64,000 nucleotides of DNA from NCBI GenBank assembly GCA_040954595.2, contig CM082593.2:11607477-11671476 (forward strand), read 5' to 3'. The first letter of the stretch is position 1. The number at the start of each line of letters is the position of its first letter. Of this stretch, positions 48,601-60,128 are shown piece after piece. The notes beneath the pieces are model-generated. The model was not told where the DNA came from and searched no databases. It saw only the letters and a list, made by a program, of their open reading frames with translations. This DNA comes from Balanoglossus misakiensis (Eukaryota; Animalia; Hemichordata). A program made the translations under genes and the position numbers.

Positions 48601-51600
48601 TTTTGCAGAGCCAGGCCGAAGGAAATCCGACTAGATCACCGTTGCTAACGAACGCTAGTGTCTGTCATGGTGTGCCGGGGTTTTAGTCGAGCCAGGCCGT
48701 AGGAGATCTGACTTGATCATCGTGGTCAATGTACGCGTGTTTCCGCTCTAAAGTGCCGGGGCTTCAGCTAAACCAGGCCGTAGGAAATCCGACGTAATCA
48801 CCGTTGATAACTTACGCCAGTCTGTGTCATATAGAGCCGGTGCACCAGCCGAGTCACGCCGTAGGAAATCTGACTTGATCAACGTGGTCAATGTACGCCT
48901 GTTTCTGCTCTAGAGTGCCGGGGCTTCAGCTGAGCCAGGCCGTAGGAAACCCGACGTGATTACCGTTGTTAACTTACGCCAGTCTGTGTCCTATATATAG
49001 TGCCGGGGCATCAGCCGTGCCAGGCCGAAGGAAATGTGAGTAGATCAACGTGGTCTCTGTACGCGTGTTTCTGCTCTAGAATGCCAGGGCTTTAGCCAAG
49101 CCATGCCGTAGGAAATCTGACTTGATCAACGTTGCTAACGAACGCCAGTGTCTGTCATAGTGTGCCAGGGCTTTAGCCAAGCCATGCCGTAGGAAATCTG
49201 ACTTGATCACCGTTGCTAACGTACGCTAGTGTCTGTCATATTTTGACGGAGATTTAGCCGAGCATGGCCGTAGAAAAATCGACTTGTTCAACGTTACCAG
49301 TGTGCAACTGTTTCTGCTCTAGAGTGTCAGGGTTTTAGCCGACTTATGCTGTAGGAAATCTGAGTTTATGAACGGGAATTCAATGTTAGAAAACCCGTGT
49401 GGAAAGTATCTCTACCCGTTTGAAACTAAGAAAAGAATTTATTCTTATTTATTTTGTAAAATTTTCTAAAATTTACCATTTTTGTCAAAATATGGCCAAA
49501 ATAGCTATTTTTTCTTGAATTCCGTCAATATCTCTGCATTTTTGGAGTGGTCGAAAGTTTTAACATACAATCAACATGTCATATATGATCAGGGCACCAA
49601 ATTCGAAGAACAAAGGTTTTTTTATTTTTTTTCTAAAAATGACATTTTCAAGGAAAATTTGGTAAAACGCAATTTTGTCTGCAGTGAGCCAAATTAGACG
49701 GTCTTTTGTGGAATTTGTATCGATATATACATACGAAGAGCATTCTATACTCCATCAGATTTCCGAAAATGTAGAACACAGGTATTTTTTGTAATTTTCA
49801 AAAATTTACCATTTAGACCAAATTGTGGCTAAAATTGTTATTTTCGTGTTGAATGCCGCCAGTGTCATTGCTTTTAAAAGTCATAAAAACTTTTAACATA
49901 CAAGCAATTGTTTATATATGATCAGGTCACCGAATTAATAAAATAAAGAATGTTTTGCCTAAAAATGACCTTTTTGGTGCAGAAACGAATAAAACGCAAT
50001 TTTGTATTAAATCAGCTCATTCAGAGTGCATTTTTTATAATCAGCACCATGTTTACATATAAAGGAAATTTCATACATCATCAGATATCCAAATATGAAA
50101 AAATGATTTAGATTTTAGATGATTGTCCAAAATTAGCTGATATCTAATAAATGTAGTATTGAACCGTTCTGTTCCCCCCCCCCCCCACTACATTATATGC
50201 GGTACGCCGATGTGAGCTTACACGGCAGTACTGCAGACCGTGCCCCCAACTAACGTCGGTGTTTGAAGCGCCCTGGTTAAATTCGGGCTTTCTCTATAAA
50301 TTGACAGGCAATAATGCAGTCCTACCCGAACAAATGTCGAGTGTTGACCCGCTGTGACTTTCCCTCTTCGGTTTGCCCGACTTAGCCAACGTCTTTGTAC
50401 TAGAGTGTCGGGTCTTTTGCAGAGCCAGGCCGAAGGAAATCCGACTTGATCACCGTTGCTAACGAACGCTAGTGTCTGTCATGGTGTGCCGGGGTTTTAG
50501 TCGAGCCAGGCCGTAGGAGATCTGACTTGATCATCGTGGTCAATGTACGCGTGTTTCCGCTCTAAAGTGCCGGGGCTTCAGCTAAACCAGGCCGTAGGAA
50601 ATCCGACGTAATCACCGTTGATAACTTACGCCAGTCTGTGTCATATAGAGCTGGTGCACCAGCCGAGTCACGCCGTAGGAAATCTGACTAGATCAACGTG
50701 GTCAATGTACGCCTGTTTCTGCTCTAGAGTGCCGGGGCTTCAGCTGAGCCAGGCCGTAGGAAACCCGACGTTATTACCGTTGTTAACTTACGCCAGTCTG
50801 TGTCCTATATATAGTGCCGGGGCATCAGCCGTGCCAGGCCGAAGGAAATGTGAGTAGATCAACGTGGTCTCTGTACGCGTGTTTCTGCTCTAGAGTGCCA
50901 GGGCTTTAGCCAAGCCATGCCGTAGGAAATCTGACTTAATCAACGTTGCTAACGAACGCTAGTGTCTGTCATAGTGTGCCGGGGTTTCAGTCGAGCCAAG
51001 CCGTAGGAGATCAGACTTGATCAACGTGGTCTCTGTACGCGTGTTTCTGCTCTAGAGTGCCGGGGCTTTATCCAAGCCATGCCGTAGAAAATCTGACTTA
51101 ATCAACGTTGCTAACGAACGCTAGTGTCTGTCATAGTGTGCCGGGGTTTCAGTCGAGCCAAGCCGTAGGAGATCAGACTTGATCAACGTGGTCTCTGTAC
51201 GCGTGTTTCTGCTCTAGAGTGCCGGGGCTTTATCCAAGCCATGCCGTAGAAAATCTGACTTGATCACCGTTGCTAACGTACGCTAGTGTCTGTCATATTG
51301 TGACGGACATTTAGCGGAGCCAGGCCGTAGAAAAATCGACTTGTTCAACGTTACCAGTGTGCAACTGTTTCTGCTCTAGAGTGTCAGGGTTTTAGCCGAC
51401 TTATGCTGTATGGAAATCTGAGTTGATGAACGGGAATTCAATTTTAGAAAACCCGTGTGAAAAGTATCTCTACCCGTTTGAAACTAAGAAAAGAATTTAT
51501 TCTTATTTATTTTGTAAAAAAGACAATTTTATCGAAAAAAGTCGAAAATGGTAATTTTGTCTTGGGTGATTCAAATTATACTGCCTTTTCTGGAATTTGC

Positions 51601-53681
51601 AGCACTTTTTACAAGAGAACAACACTTCATGCTCCATAATATTTCCGAAAAAATAAGAAAAGGGTTAATTTTTTATGATTTTTTAAAAATTTACCATTTT
51701 CGTCAAAATATGGCCAAAATGGCTATTTTTTCTTGAATTCCGTCAATATCTCTGCATTTTTGGAGTGGTCGAAAGTCTTAACATACAATCAACATGTCAT
51801 ATATGATCAGGGCACCAAATTCGAAGAACAAAGGTTTTTTTTTTTTTTCTAAAAATGACATTTTCAAGGAAAATTTGGTAAAACGCAATTTTGTCTGCAG
51901 TGAGCCAAATTAGACGGTCTTTTGTGGAATTTGTATCGATATATACATACGAAGAGCATTCTATACTCCATCAGATTTCCGAAAATGTAGAAAACAGGTA
52001 TTTTTTGTAATTTTCAAATATTTACTATTTTGACCAAATTGTGGCTAAAATTGTTATTTTCGTGTTGAATGCCGCCAGTGTCACTGCTTTTAAAAGTCAT
52101 AAAAACTTTTAACATACAAGCAATTGTTTATATATGATCAGGTCACCGAATTAATAAAATAAAGAATGTTTTGCCTAAAAATGACCTTTTTGGTGCAAAA
52201 ACGAATAAAACGCAATTTTGTATTAAATCAGCTCATTCAGACTGCATTTTTTATAATCAGCACTATTTTAACGTATAATGGAAATTTCATACATCATCTA
52301 ATATCCAAATATGAAAAAATGATTTAGATTTTAGATGATTGTCCAAAATTAGCTGATATCTAATAAATGTAGTATTGAACCGTTCTGTTCCCCCCCCCCC
52401 TACATTATATGCGGTACGCCGATGTCAGCTTACCCGGCAGTACTGCAGGCCGTGCCCCCAACTAACGTCGGTGTTTGAAACGCCCTGGTTAAATTCGGGC
52501 TTTCTCTATAAATTGACAGGCAATAATGCAGTCCTACCCGAACAAATGTCGAGTGTTGACCCGCTGTGACTTTCCCTCTTCGGTTTGCCCGACTTAGCCA
52601 ACGTCTTTGTACTAGAGTGACGGGTCTTTTGCAGAGCCAGGCCGAAGGAAATCCGAGTAGATCAACGTGGTCTCTGTACGCGTGTTTCTGCTCTAGAGTG
52701 CCAGGGCTTTAGCCAAGCCATGCCGTAGGAAATCTGACTTGATCAACGTTGCTAACGAACGCTAGTGTCTGTCATAGTGTGCCGGGGTTTTAGTCGAGCC
52801 AAGCCGTAGGATATCAGACTTGATCAACGTGGTCTCTGTACGCTTGTTTCTGCTCTAGAGTGCCGGGGCTTTATCCAAGCCATGCCGTAGAAAATCTGAC
52901 TTGATCACCGTTGCTAACGTACGCTAGTGTCTGTCATATTGTGACGGAGATTTAGCCGAGCCAGGCCGTAGAAAAATCGACTTGTTCAACTTTACCAGTG
53001 TGCAACTGTTTCTGCTCTAGAGTGTCAGGGTTTCAGCCGACTTATGCTGTAGGAAATCTGAGTTGATGAACGGGAATTCATTGTTAGAAAACCCGTGTGG
53101 AAAGTATCTCTACCCGTTTCAAACTAAGAAAAGAATTTATTCTTATTTATTTTGTAAAAAAGACAATATTTCGAAAAAAAGTCGAAAATGGTAATTTTGT
53201 CTTGGGTGATTCAAATTATACCGCCTTTTCTGGAATTTGCAGCACTTTTTACAAGAGAACGACACTTCATGATCCATAATATTTCCAAAAATGAAGAAAG
53301 GAGTTAATTTTTTATGATTTTTTAAAAATTTACCATTTTTGTCAAAATATGGCCAAAATGGCTATTTTTTCTTGAATTCCGTCAATATCTCTGCATTTTT
53401 GGAGTGGTCGAAAGTTTTAACATACAATCAACATGTCATATATGATCAGGGCACCAAATTCGAAGAACAAAGGTTTTTTTCTTTTTTTTTCTAAAAATGA
53501 CATTTTCAAGGAACATTTGGTAAAACACAATTTTGTCTGCAGTGAGCCAAATTAGACGGTCTTTTGTGGAATTTGTATCGATATATACATACGAAGAGCA
53601 TTTTATACTCCATCAGATTTTCGAAAATGTAGAAAACGGGTATTTTTTGTAATTTTCAAAAATTTACCATTTTGACCAAAT
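36690..53681. repeat. Longest uninterrupted block of the macrosatellite (~9 units)
   Basis: Consecutive unit heads are about 1640-2065 bp apart, with no foreign insertion. Confidence 0.95.
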
Positions 53682-54017
53682 TGTGGGGAAGTATCGTGGC
53701 AGTGATCAATACTCCCGGGAGGGGGTTCGAGTATACTGACGTTGGAAAAGAAGCGAACGATTCAGTGCTAGGTAAAACACTGGTTTATTACCATCTGAAT
53801 CGAACAACAAAGTAACACCACAGAGCTCCTTACAAAATGCTGCCCGAAAGCGCCAAAACTGGGTTATATATAAGTCCCACGAACTCCGGAGCAAACACTC
53901 AAAAATTACAATAAATCTGCTACAAGTATAAAGTTTGGCGGGAAACAAAGTCAACTCTGATAGGGTAAGAGTTTCCGTCACGTGATCCTTCTGGAGTAAA
54001 TCTCTCACTTCTCCATA
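53682..54017 (-). repeat. BEL copy 2 3' LTR
   Basis: Matches the other three LTRs. Confidence 0.95.
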
Positions 54018-54188
54018 TTCTCCCCCGCGCAAAGGAAAGTCTCGAAAATCGTCAGAAAAAAAACATCAAATAACATGAAATATGATTAAAGTCACCTAAA
54101 GTGTTCAAGGATAATAAACTAATGTTCATTGTGTCAGTAAACATGATAACAGTCACAATGCGATCGAAATTGTTTTCCAATTTCAAAG

Positions 54189-56843
54189 TCAAACAGAGAG
54201 ATCCGCTATTCGTACTCGAGCGGCAACTGCAGAGTCTCTGAGAGGTCGTCTCGGGGGTACAACATCCGCCTTCACCGAGGAATCTTCAGAGGCGCCAGCT
54301 GTGTCGACTGTTTCAGTATTCGTGTTGGAATCTGCTCCAATACCTGTATTATCTCCAGACACAGTTGACAGCTCCTTGGAGACAACTTCCAATGGGTACA
54401 ATTTATGGATAGGTCGGTTTGTAGGACCACCTGCGGTGTTCAACTCCGCAGATCGTACCAGTTTATCATTACCGAAGATCAACCTTGTTACAGTTCCTAA
54501 ATGCCATTTCGGACGTTTGTCAGTGTCACTGTGTATTATCACGACATCTCCGACCTTGATGACATTATCACGAGTTCCTTTGGTGGGATGTCGTTCACGT
54601 AGGGCAGTCAGATACTCGGACGACCATCTTCGCCAAAATTGATCGTGTAATCTTGATAGATGTTCATATCTTTTGTTGATTTCACGATTATCACAGTAAG
54701 ATGGGTCAATCACCTCTTCGTCGGTGATCTCGATGTACGGCAATGAGGTCAGTGTCCTGCCATGTAGCAAGTGATTTGGGGTCAATCCAATATTGTCGTT
54801 TATACTGGATGACACGTACGTTAACGGCCTGTCGTTTAAAACGGCTTCAATTTCAGTCACAACTGTTGCGAGTTCATCAAAGGTTAGGTAAGCTCGACCG
54901 AGAGTTTTCCTAATAGCGTTCTTTGTCAAAGCAATCAGCCTCTCCCAGAAGCCACCAAACCAGGGCGCGCGCTTCGGTATAAACGTCCATTGTACACGAT
55001 GTGCGGCGAGAAAGTCATTTACTTCTGGCGTATCAAACAGTGTTTTGATTTCATTGGCAGCCGATAAATAAGTCGATGCGTTGTCTGACAGCATCCTACT
55101 CGGCAAAGAACGTCTCGCGGCGAATCTTCTGAACGCGTGCATGAACGTCTGGGTTGACATATCAGGAACCAGTTCTAGGTAAATTGCACGCGTCACCGCA
55201 CAGGTGAATAAACAGATATAGGCTTTGGCACGTGTCCCATCTTTGGCCTTGGTATAAAGATGACCCGTGAAATCCACGCCTGTTACAGTAAATGCTGGGA
55301 CAATGTTCACTCGATAACTTGGTAGCGCCGCTTGCACTGGATTCGCGTAAGGTTTCCCGGTAACTTTGTTGCAAATGACACAACCACGTAAGACACCGCG
55401 TACAATAATCCGAATTTTGGGGATCCAATATCTTTGCCTTATCTGTGTCACTGTAGATTGGACTCCCTGGTGAAGCGTCAGTTCGTGTGATTTCCGTATT
55501 ATCAAATTTGTCAATTTATGATGCGAGGGTATCAAGGCGGGAAATCTTGTGACGAAATCGATCGGCGCGTTATGGATTCTACTCCCACAGCGAAGTACGT
55601 CTTCTTCGTCAACAAATAAGTTCAGTTGTCGAACAATGGGCGCACATGTACTCAAGTTCAATTTCACAGACTGGATTTCGGCGTCATAGAACTGCCGTTG
55701 AATATGTTTAACCCACATATTTTCCGCTCGGTGCAGCTCATCAGAGGTAATTCTCCCGTGTTTCACCTCGGTAGATTTTTTCATCCGTGCGATGAATCTG
55801 AGGACATAACTTGTCACTCGTAATAGCCTATCCAAGTTGTTGAATCTGGAAATGTCAACAACGTGTTGAATTCCGTAGTCATTGGGACTGGTAATTTCCA
55901 GATTTTCGCGATCTGTACATCGTCTGGCTTTGGGGGGAGCGAGTATTTCTGCGTTCTCGGTAGACTGATCGTTGATTCCGTTGCCGAAACGCAGCGGCAA
56001 TCTGTCCGTCTCATCTGGTTCGATTGCGGTATGCATCACATTAACATCAAACGCTGGGCACCTAGGCCAATCGCTTGTCTTTAGCCATGTTGGTCCATTA
56101 CGCCATAGTTCAGAGCGTTCCATCATTTCGTACGTTACCCCTCTGGTTAAAAGATCAGCTGGGTTGTGTTCTGATGGGCAGTATTTCTTTGTGGACTGAA
56201 ATTCGCGAATTTCATCTACTCGATTCTTCACAAACACCGGAAGTCTCTTCTCACTGTTCAGCCAGTGAAGGACAATTTGGCTGTCACTCCATAAATAACA
56301 ACGAACTATGTCATATTTGGAGGACAGGGCTTCTTTAGCGTACTTGCTGAGACGTGTGGCTATTAACGCAGCCATCAATTCCAGTCGTGGGAGTGTAGTT
56401 TCAGCCACTGGTGCGGTTCTAGTCTTCGCCATCACAAACGACGTTTGCTGTCCTCTTTTCAAATACACTACTGCCCCATACGCTCTCTGGCTTGCGTCTG
56501 CAAAGGCGTGTAGCTCGCATTCATTGTCGCCTTCAAGTTCATCAAAATATTGTCGTTCGATCTTCGTGTTTTGCGAGTCTTTGAGATCTTCTGCGATGTG
56601 CATCCATTGAGTGTAGAGATCTGCGTTGATAGGTTCATCCCAGTCTAATTCCAGTTTCCATAGTAACTGAATGAACAATTTGGCTTTGATCATTACAGGG
56701 ACGAGAAATCCAAACGGATCAAATAGCATCGCCACATAGCTGACAATGTCACGTTTGGTCACGAGTTCGGCACGCGACGACATATTAACCACTTTAGAGT
56801 AAGTCAGATTTTGTTGACCACTGCATTCCCAAAACGGATACAT
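54189..56843 (-). CDS. BEL pol: RNase H-like plus integrase (open 884 aa segment of a disrupted gag-pol)
   Basis: HAFADAS, PRLEL, H..TLHQG..C.IC zinc motif, GVDFTG, SDNA, GGFWERL. Confidence 0.9.
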   Translation of the reverse strand: MYPFWECSGQQNLTYSKVVNMSSRAELVTKRDIVSYVAMLFDPFGFLVPVMIKAKLFIQLLWKLELDWDEPINADLYTQWMHIAEDLKDSQNTKIERQYFDELEGDNECELHAFADASQRAYGAVVYLKRGQQTSFVMAKTRTAPVAETTLPRLELMAALIATRLSKYAKEALSSKYDIVRCYLWSDSQIVLHWLNSEKRLPVFVKNRVDEIREFQSTKKYCPSEHNPADLLTRGVTYEMMERSELWRNGPTWLKTSDWPRCPAFDVNVMHTAIEPDETDRLPLRFGNGINDQSTENAEILAPPKARRCTDRENLEITSPNDYGIQHVVDISRFNNLDRLLRVTSYVLRFIARMKKSTEVKHGRITSDELHRAENMWVKHIQRQFYDAEIQSVKLNLSTCAPIVRQLNLFVDEEDVLRCGSRIHNAPIDFVTRFPALIPSHHKLTNLIIRKSHELTLHQGVQSTVTQIRQRYWIPKIRIIVRGVLRGCVICNKVTGKPYANPVQAALPSYRVNIVPAFTVTGVDFTGHLYTKAKDGTRAKAYICLFTCAVTRAIYLELVPDMSTQTFMHAFRRFAARRSLPSRMLSDNASTYLSAANEIKTLFDTPEVNDFLAAHRVQWTFIPKRAPWFGGFWERLIALTKNAIRKTLGRAYLTFDELATVVTEIEAVLNDRPLTYVSSSINDNIGLTPNHLLHGRTLTSLPYIEITDEEVIDPSYCDNREINKRYEHLSRLHDQFWRRWSSEYLTALRERHPTKGTRDNVIKVGDVVIIHSDTDKRPKWHLGTVTRLIFGNDKLVRSAELNTAGGPTNRPIHKLYPLEVVSKELSTVSGDNTGIGADSNTNTETVDTAGASEDSSVKADVVPPRRPLRDSAVAARVRIADLSV

Positions 56844-59746
56844 CTTCGGTGGGTTCGTTCAGATTGTCACATGTAGCGAGTTCGTTTATTTGTTGACAGT
56901 TGGAAGACCATGCTCTGAGTTTGAATCCGCCTGATGTCATCAACTCATTGGCTTCATGGTAGTATTTCATGGCATTTTCTGCAGTATCAACTCCATCGAT
57001 CACATTATCCACATAAATATTATTTCCCAATCTGTCAGCGGTGGGAAGTTGACTATTGTTCTCTAAATGCGTCTTGATAACCGCATTGAGGATGAATGGG
57101 GAACAGACTGCTCCAAACAAGACAGACGTAAACTGCAAAGTTATGAAGTCACTTTCTGGGTCGTTAATGTCCGACAGCCACAGAAATTTCGTGAATTTCC
57201 TCTCATCTTCTTCCAACCGAATGTTCAGGAATGCTTTCTCAATGTCAGCTGTGAAAGCAATGTTATTGGCGCGGAATCACAGCAGAATCGCTGGCAGGTC
57301 ATTTATTAATGACGGTCCAGTTTGCAAGCAATCATTCAAACTTGGATAATTAGAATCCTTCTTACAAGAGCAATCATAAACGATGCGAATGGGTGTTGTG
57401 GTCGAATTCTTAACCACCGGACGATGTGGCAAATAGTGTCCGATATTCACGTCATCTTCGTCAACCTCTCCGATGAAGTCGCGACGTCTCTGTTCATTGA
57501 TTATGTCGTCATATTTCTTGATGAGTTCAGAGGGTAACCTGCGTATCGTATTACGCGTGCGTTTCATGGCGACATCGTAGTTGGTGGGTAGTGGAGGGTG
57601 ATCTTCCTTCCACGGTAGTTTAGCTACGTATTTTCCTCGGTCAACTCTCAAGTGCGTGTCTCTGTAAGACTCGTACGTCAACTGTTCATCAACTGTTGGA
57701 TTGTCCTGAATACCGATCAATTCAAGGTCCCACATATTTTGGACCTGTGGTTCTCGGCCGATCGCAGTACTATCCATCGGTGTATACATGTCCGTTGCGC
57801 GATCTCCATGCAGTCCGTTGATAAAGTTCTCTGAAACTACGTTACTGGTATCAGCAGTAGAAATCACGTGTAAGATATGCGCATTAGAATCCACTTTGGG
57901 AGTTCCGAGGGGTCCGGAGAGTAAGTATCCAAATTTGGATGACACAGCAGTGGGGCCGGACGCGCCAGAAATAACGTGTGAGCCCACGAAATTCCAATAT
58001 TGGTCGGCTCCGATTAGAACATCAATTGGCCACGACTGATCACTCGAAACTGGATGTGCGAATGGTAGCCCTTTCAGGTGGCTCATATTGTGGACTTCCT
58101 GAGAAATGTGATTTGTTAAGTCCGACGATATCTCTGGAATTATCATCGCGTGAATAGCATGAGCAGTTAGTTCGGTGAATCCCATGGTGCGTACTTTGGA
58201 GTCCTTGCCACCGAAGGTCGATAACTTTATGTGTTCGTGCCGCGTAGCTTTCGCGGACAGCTGACGGGCGAATCTCTCAGTGACGAATGTCTTATTTGCT
58301 CCTTCATCAAACAGGATGACGGCATGTATGGGGGCTCCCCGTCCGACAGACAGTGGTACAAACGCAGTTTTCAGCAGCACTGGCCCAGTGTTTATCTTCT
58401 TATCCGTAAATGTATCGGTATTAGTCAATGTTACTTTGACATCAGAAGTACTTGATGATGGCGATGGCGAGGACGACGCTCCGGTTGGCGTCGTTGTAGC
58501 GGTGGGAACGTCGTAGTGTAGCGCAGAGTGCAGGAGTATTTTGATTTACACTCCGCAACTCTATGTTTTCCAAAGCAATTAAAACATAGTCTGTCCTTCT
58601 TCACAATGTCCAGTCTCTCGCGCGTATCAGTTACCACAGTGCAATTTGACGCGAAGTGTGACCCTTTGCAGAACGGGCACGTTTTGACAGGGGCGCGAAA
58701 CTTCTGTTTACCTGTCATCTGCGTTTTCGTGTGAAACGCGGTTATTTCCGGTTCTCTGGTAGTGGCCATTGTTATCTCGTCGACCCGGTTGCCGGCTTGA
58801 AGGGTGTTTATCTCGTGTTGAATGGCTTTTCGTAGATCTGCTAATGTCCACGCAGCATTACCATGTTTTCTTGCTATCTGCTCTCGAATGTTAGGAGGTA
58901 ATTTCTCCCGTATTATTGGAACCAAAGTTCGCCGTATGTGGTTTCCTCCTTACCCAGCGACTGAAGACCTCGAACGTGATTTTCAATCGAGTCGTAGAAA
59001 TGCCTTAAACTTTGTACGTCGGCGGTTGGGCTTTGTAGATTCCACAACGCGGTCATATGAGCATCTACTATGAGATGGGTTTGTCCGTATCTTTCGGTCA
59101 ATAAGTCAATCGCGTGCGTGAGTGGCAATCCGTTGATTGTTCTCGCTGCTTCATCTTTGAGTACACTCCGCAAATACGTAAACTTCTGAATGTTGTCCAA
59201 ATTAGTGTCCGAAGGTATCGAAGACTTGAATACATCGAAGAAACTCGACCATTCTATTACATTGCCTGAGAAAGTTTGCAGCTGGAGTTTCGGTAGAGTT
59301 ACTGTTTTACGAGGCGTCGCGTTGCCGAGGCTGCTTCCCGTTACATTACCAGTACTAGTAGTAGTTGTCCGCATCTCCGATTTGTTTTTCTTGATGAAAG
59401 ATGCGATGCGATGATTGTGTTCGAAGATTTCGGCCTGGTAGTCGCCTGAAGTTTCATTTTCTTCGTCAAAGTGTTCATCGTCAATTAGATCGAGGATTCT
59501 CACCTCGAGGTAGGCGAGTAGACGGATCTTGTTCTAAAGTTGTTCGTTCAGCCCTTCCAGCGTGTCGAGTGTAGTCGGCTTGTCTGTACCGACGTCTACG
59601 AAATTGTTCATGAGGGTGTCGGCCTTGTTGAACAGTCGGGTCACTTGTGCGCGTTGACCACGACGCGATCTCTTCAGTTTTGTCAACGCTGTTGGCTGAT
59701 CCTCTTGTTGTCCATCTTGTGGCGCGATGTGTTCTTGTTCCGACAT
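56794..59746 (-). pseudogene. BEL gag-protease-RT, fragmented
   Basis: ORFs 59534-59746, 58913-59503, 58431-58925, 57277-58428 and 56794-57216 carry gag knuckles, the DEG protease motif and YVDN RT, separated by frameshifts and stops. Confidence 0.92.
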
Positions 59747-59779
59747 CTTGCTCTGTTATACTGGTCTCGGCACCAAAAA

Positions 59780-60128
59780 TGTGGGGAAGTATCGTGGCAG
59801 TGATCAATACTCCCGGGAGGGGGTTCGAGTATACTGACGTCGGAAAAGAAGCGAACGATTCAGTGCTAGGTAAAACACTGGTTTATTACCATCTGAATCC
59901 AACAACAAAGTAACACCACAGAGCTCCTTACAAAAAGCTGCCCGAAAGCGCCAAAACTGGGTTATATATAAGTCCCACGAACGCCGGAGCAAACACTCAA
60001 AAATTACAATAAATCTGCTACAAGTATAAAGTTTGGAGGGAAACTCTGATATCAACTGATATCAACTCTGATAGGGTAAGAGTTTCCGTCACGTGATCCT
60101 TCTGGAGTAAATCTCTCACTTCTCCATA
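59780..60128 (-). repeat. BEL copy 2 5' LTR (349 bp, with small internal duplication)
   Basis: CTCTGATATCAACTGATATCAACTCTGATAG at ~60044-60075 adds 13 bp net. Confidence 0.93.

Larger units (their letters stand above)
53682..60128 (-). mobile_element. BEL/Pao LTR retrotransposon, copy 2 (full length, degraded)
   Basis: LTRs at 53682-54017 and 59780-60128; TSD CAAAT; near-identical to copy 1 without the LINE. Confidence 0.96.

Noticed and set aside
50618-50857. 81-bp (27-codon) repeat as a protein-coding tandem repeat
   Set aside because: The monomers contain recurrent stop codons in the frames checked on both strands, and one variant has a 2-bp insertion. This ORF arises from point variants.
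53677-53690. Sequence-specific targeting of the satellite by BEL
   Set aside because: Shared LTR asymmetries and flank SNPs are better explained by duplication of one insertion.
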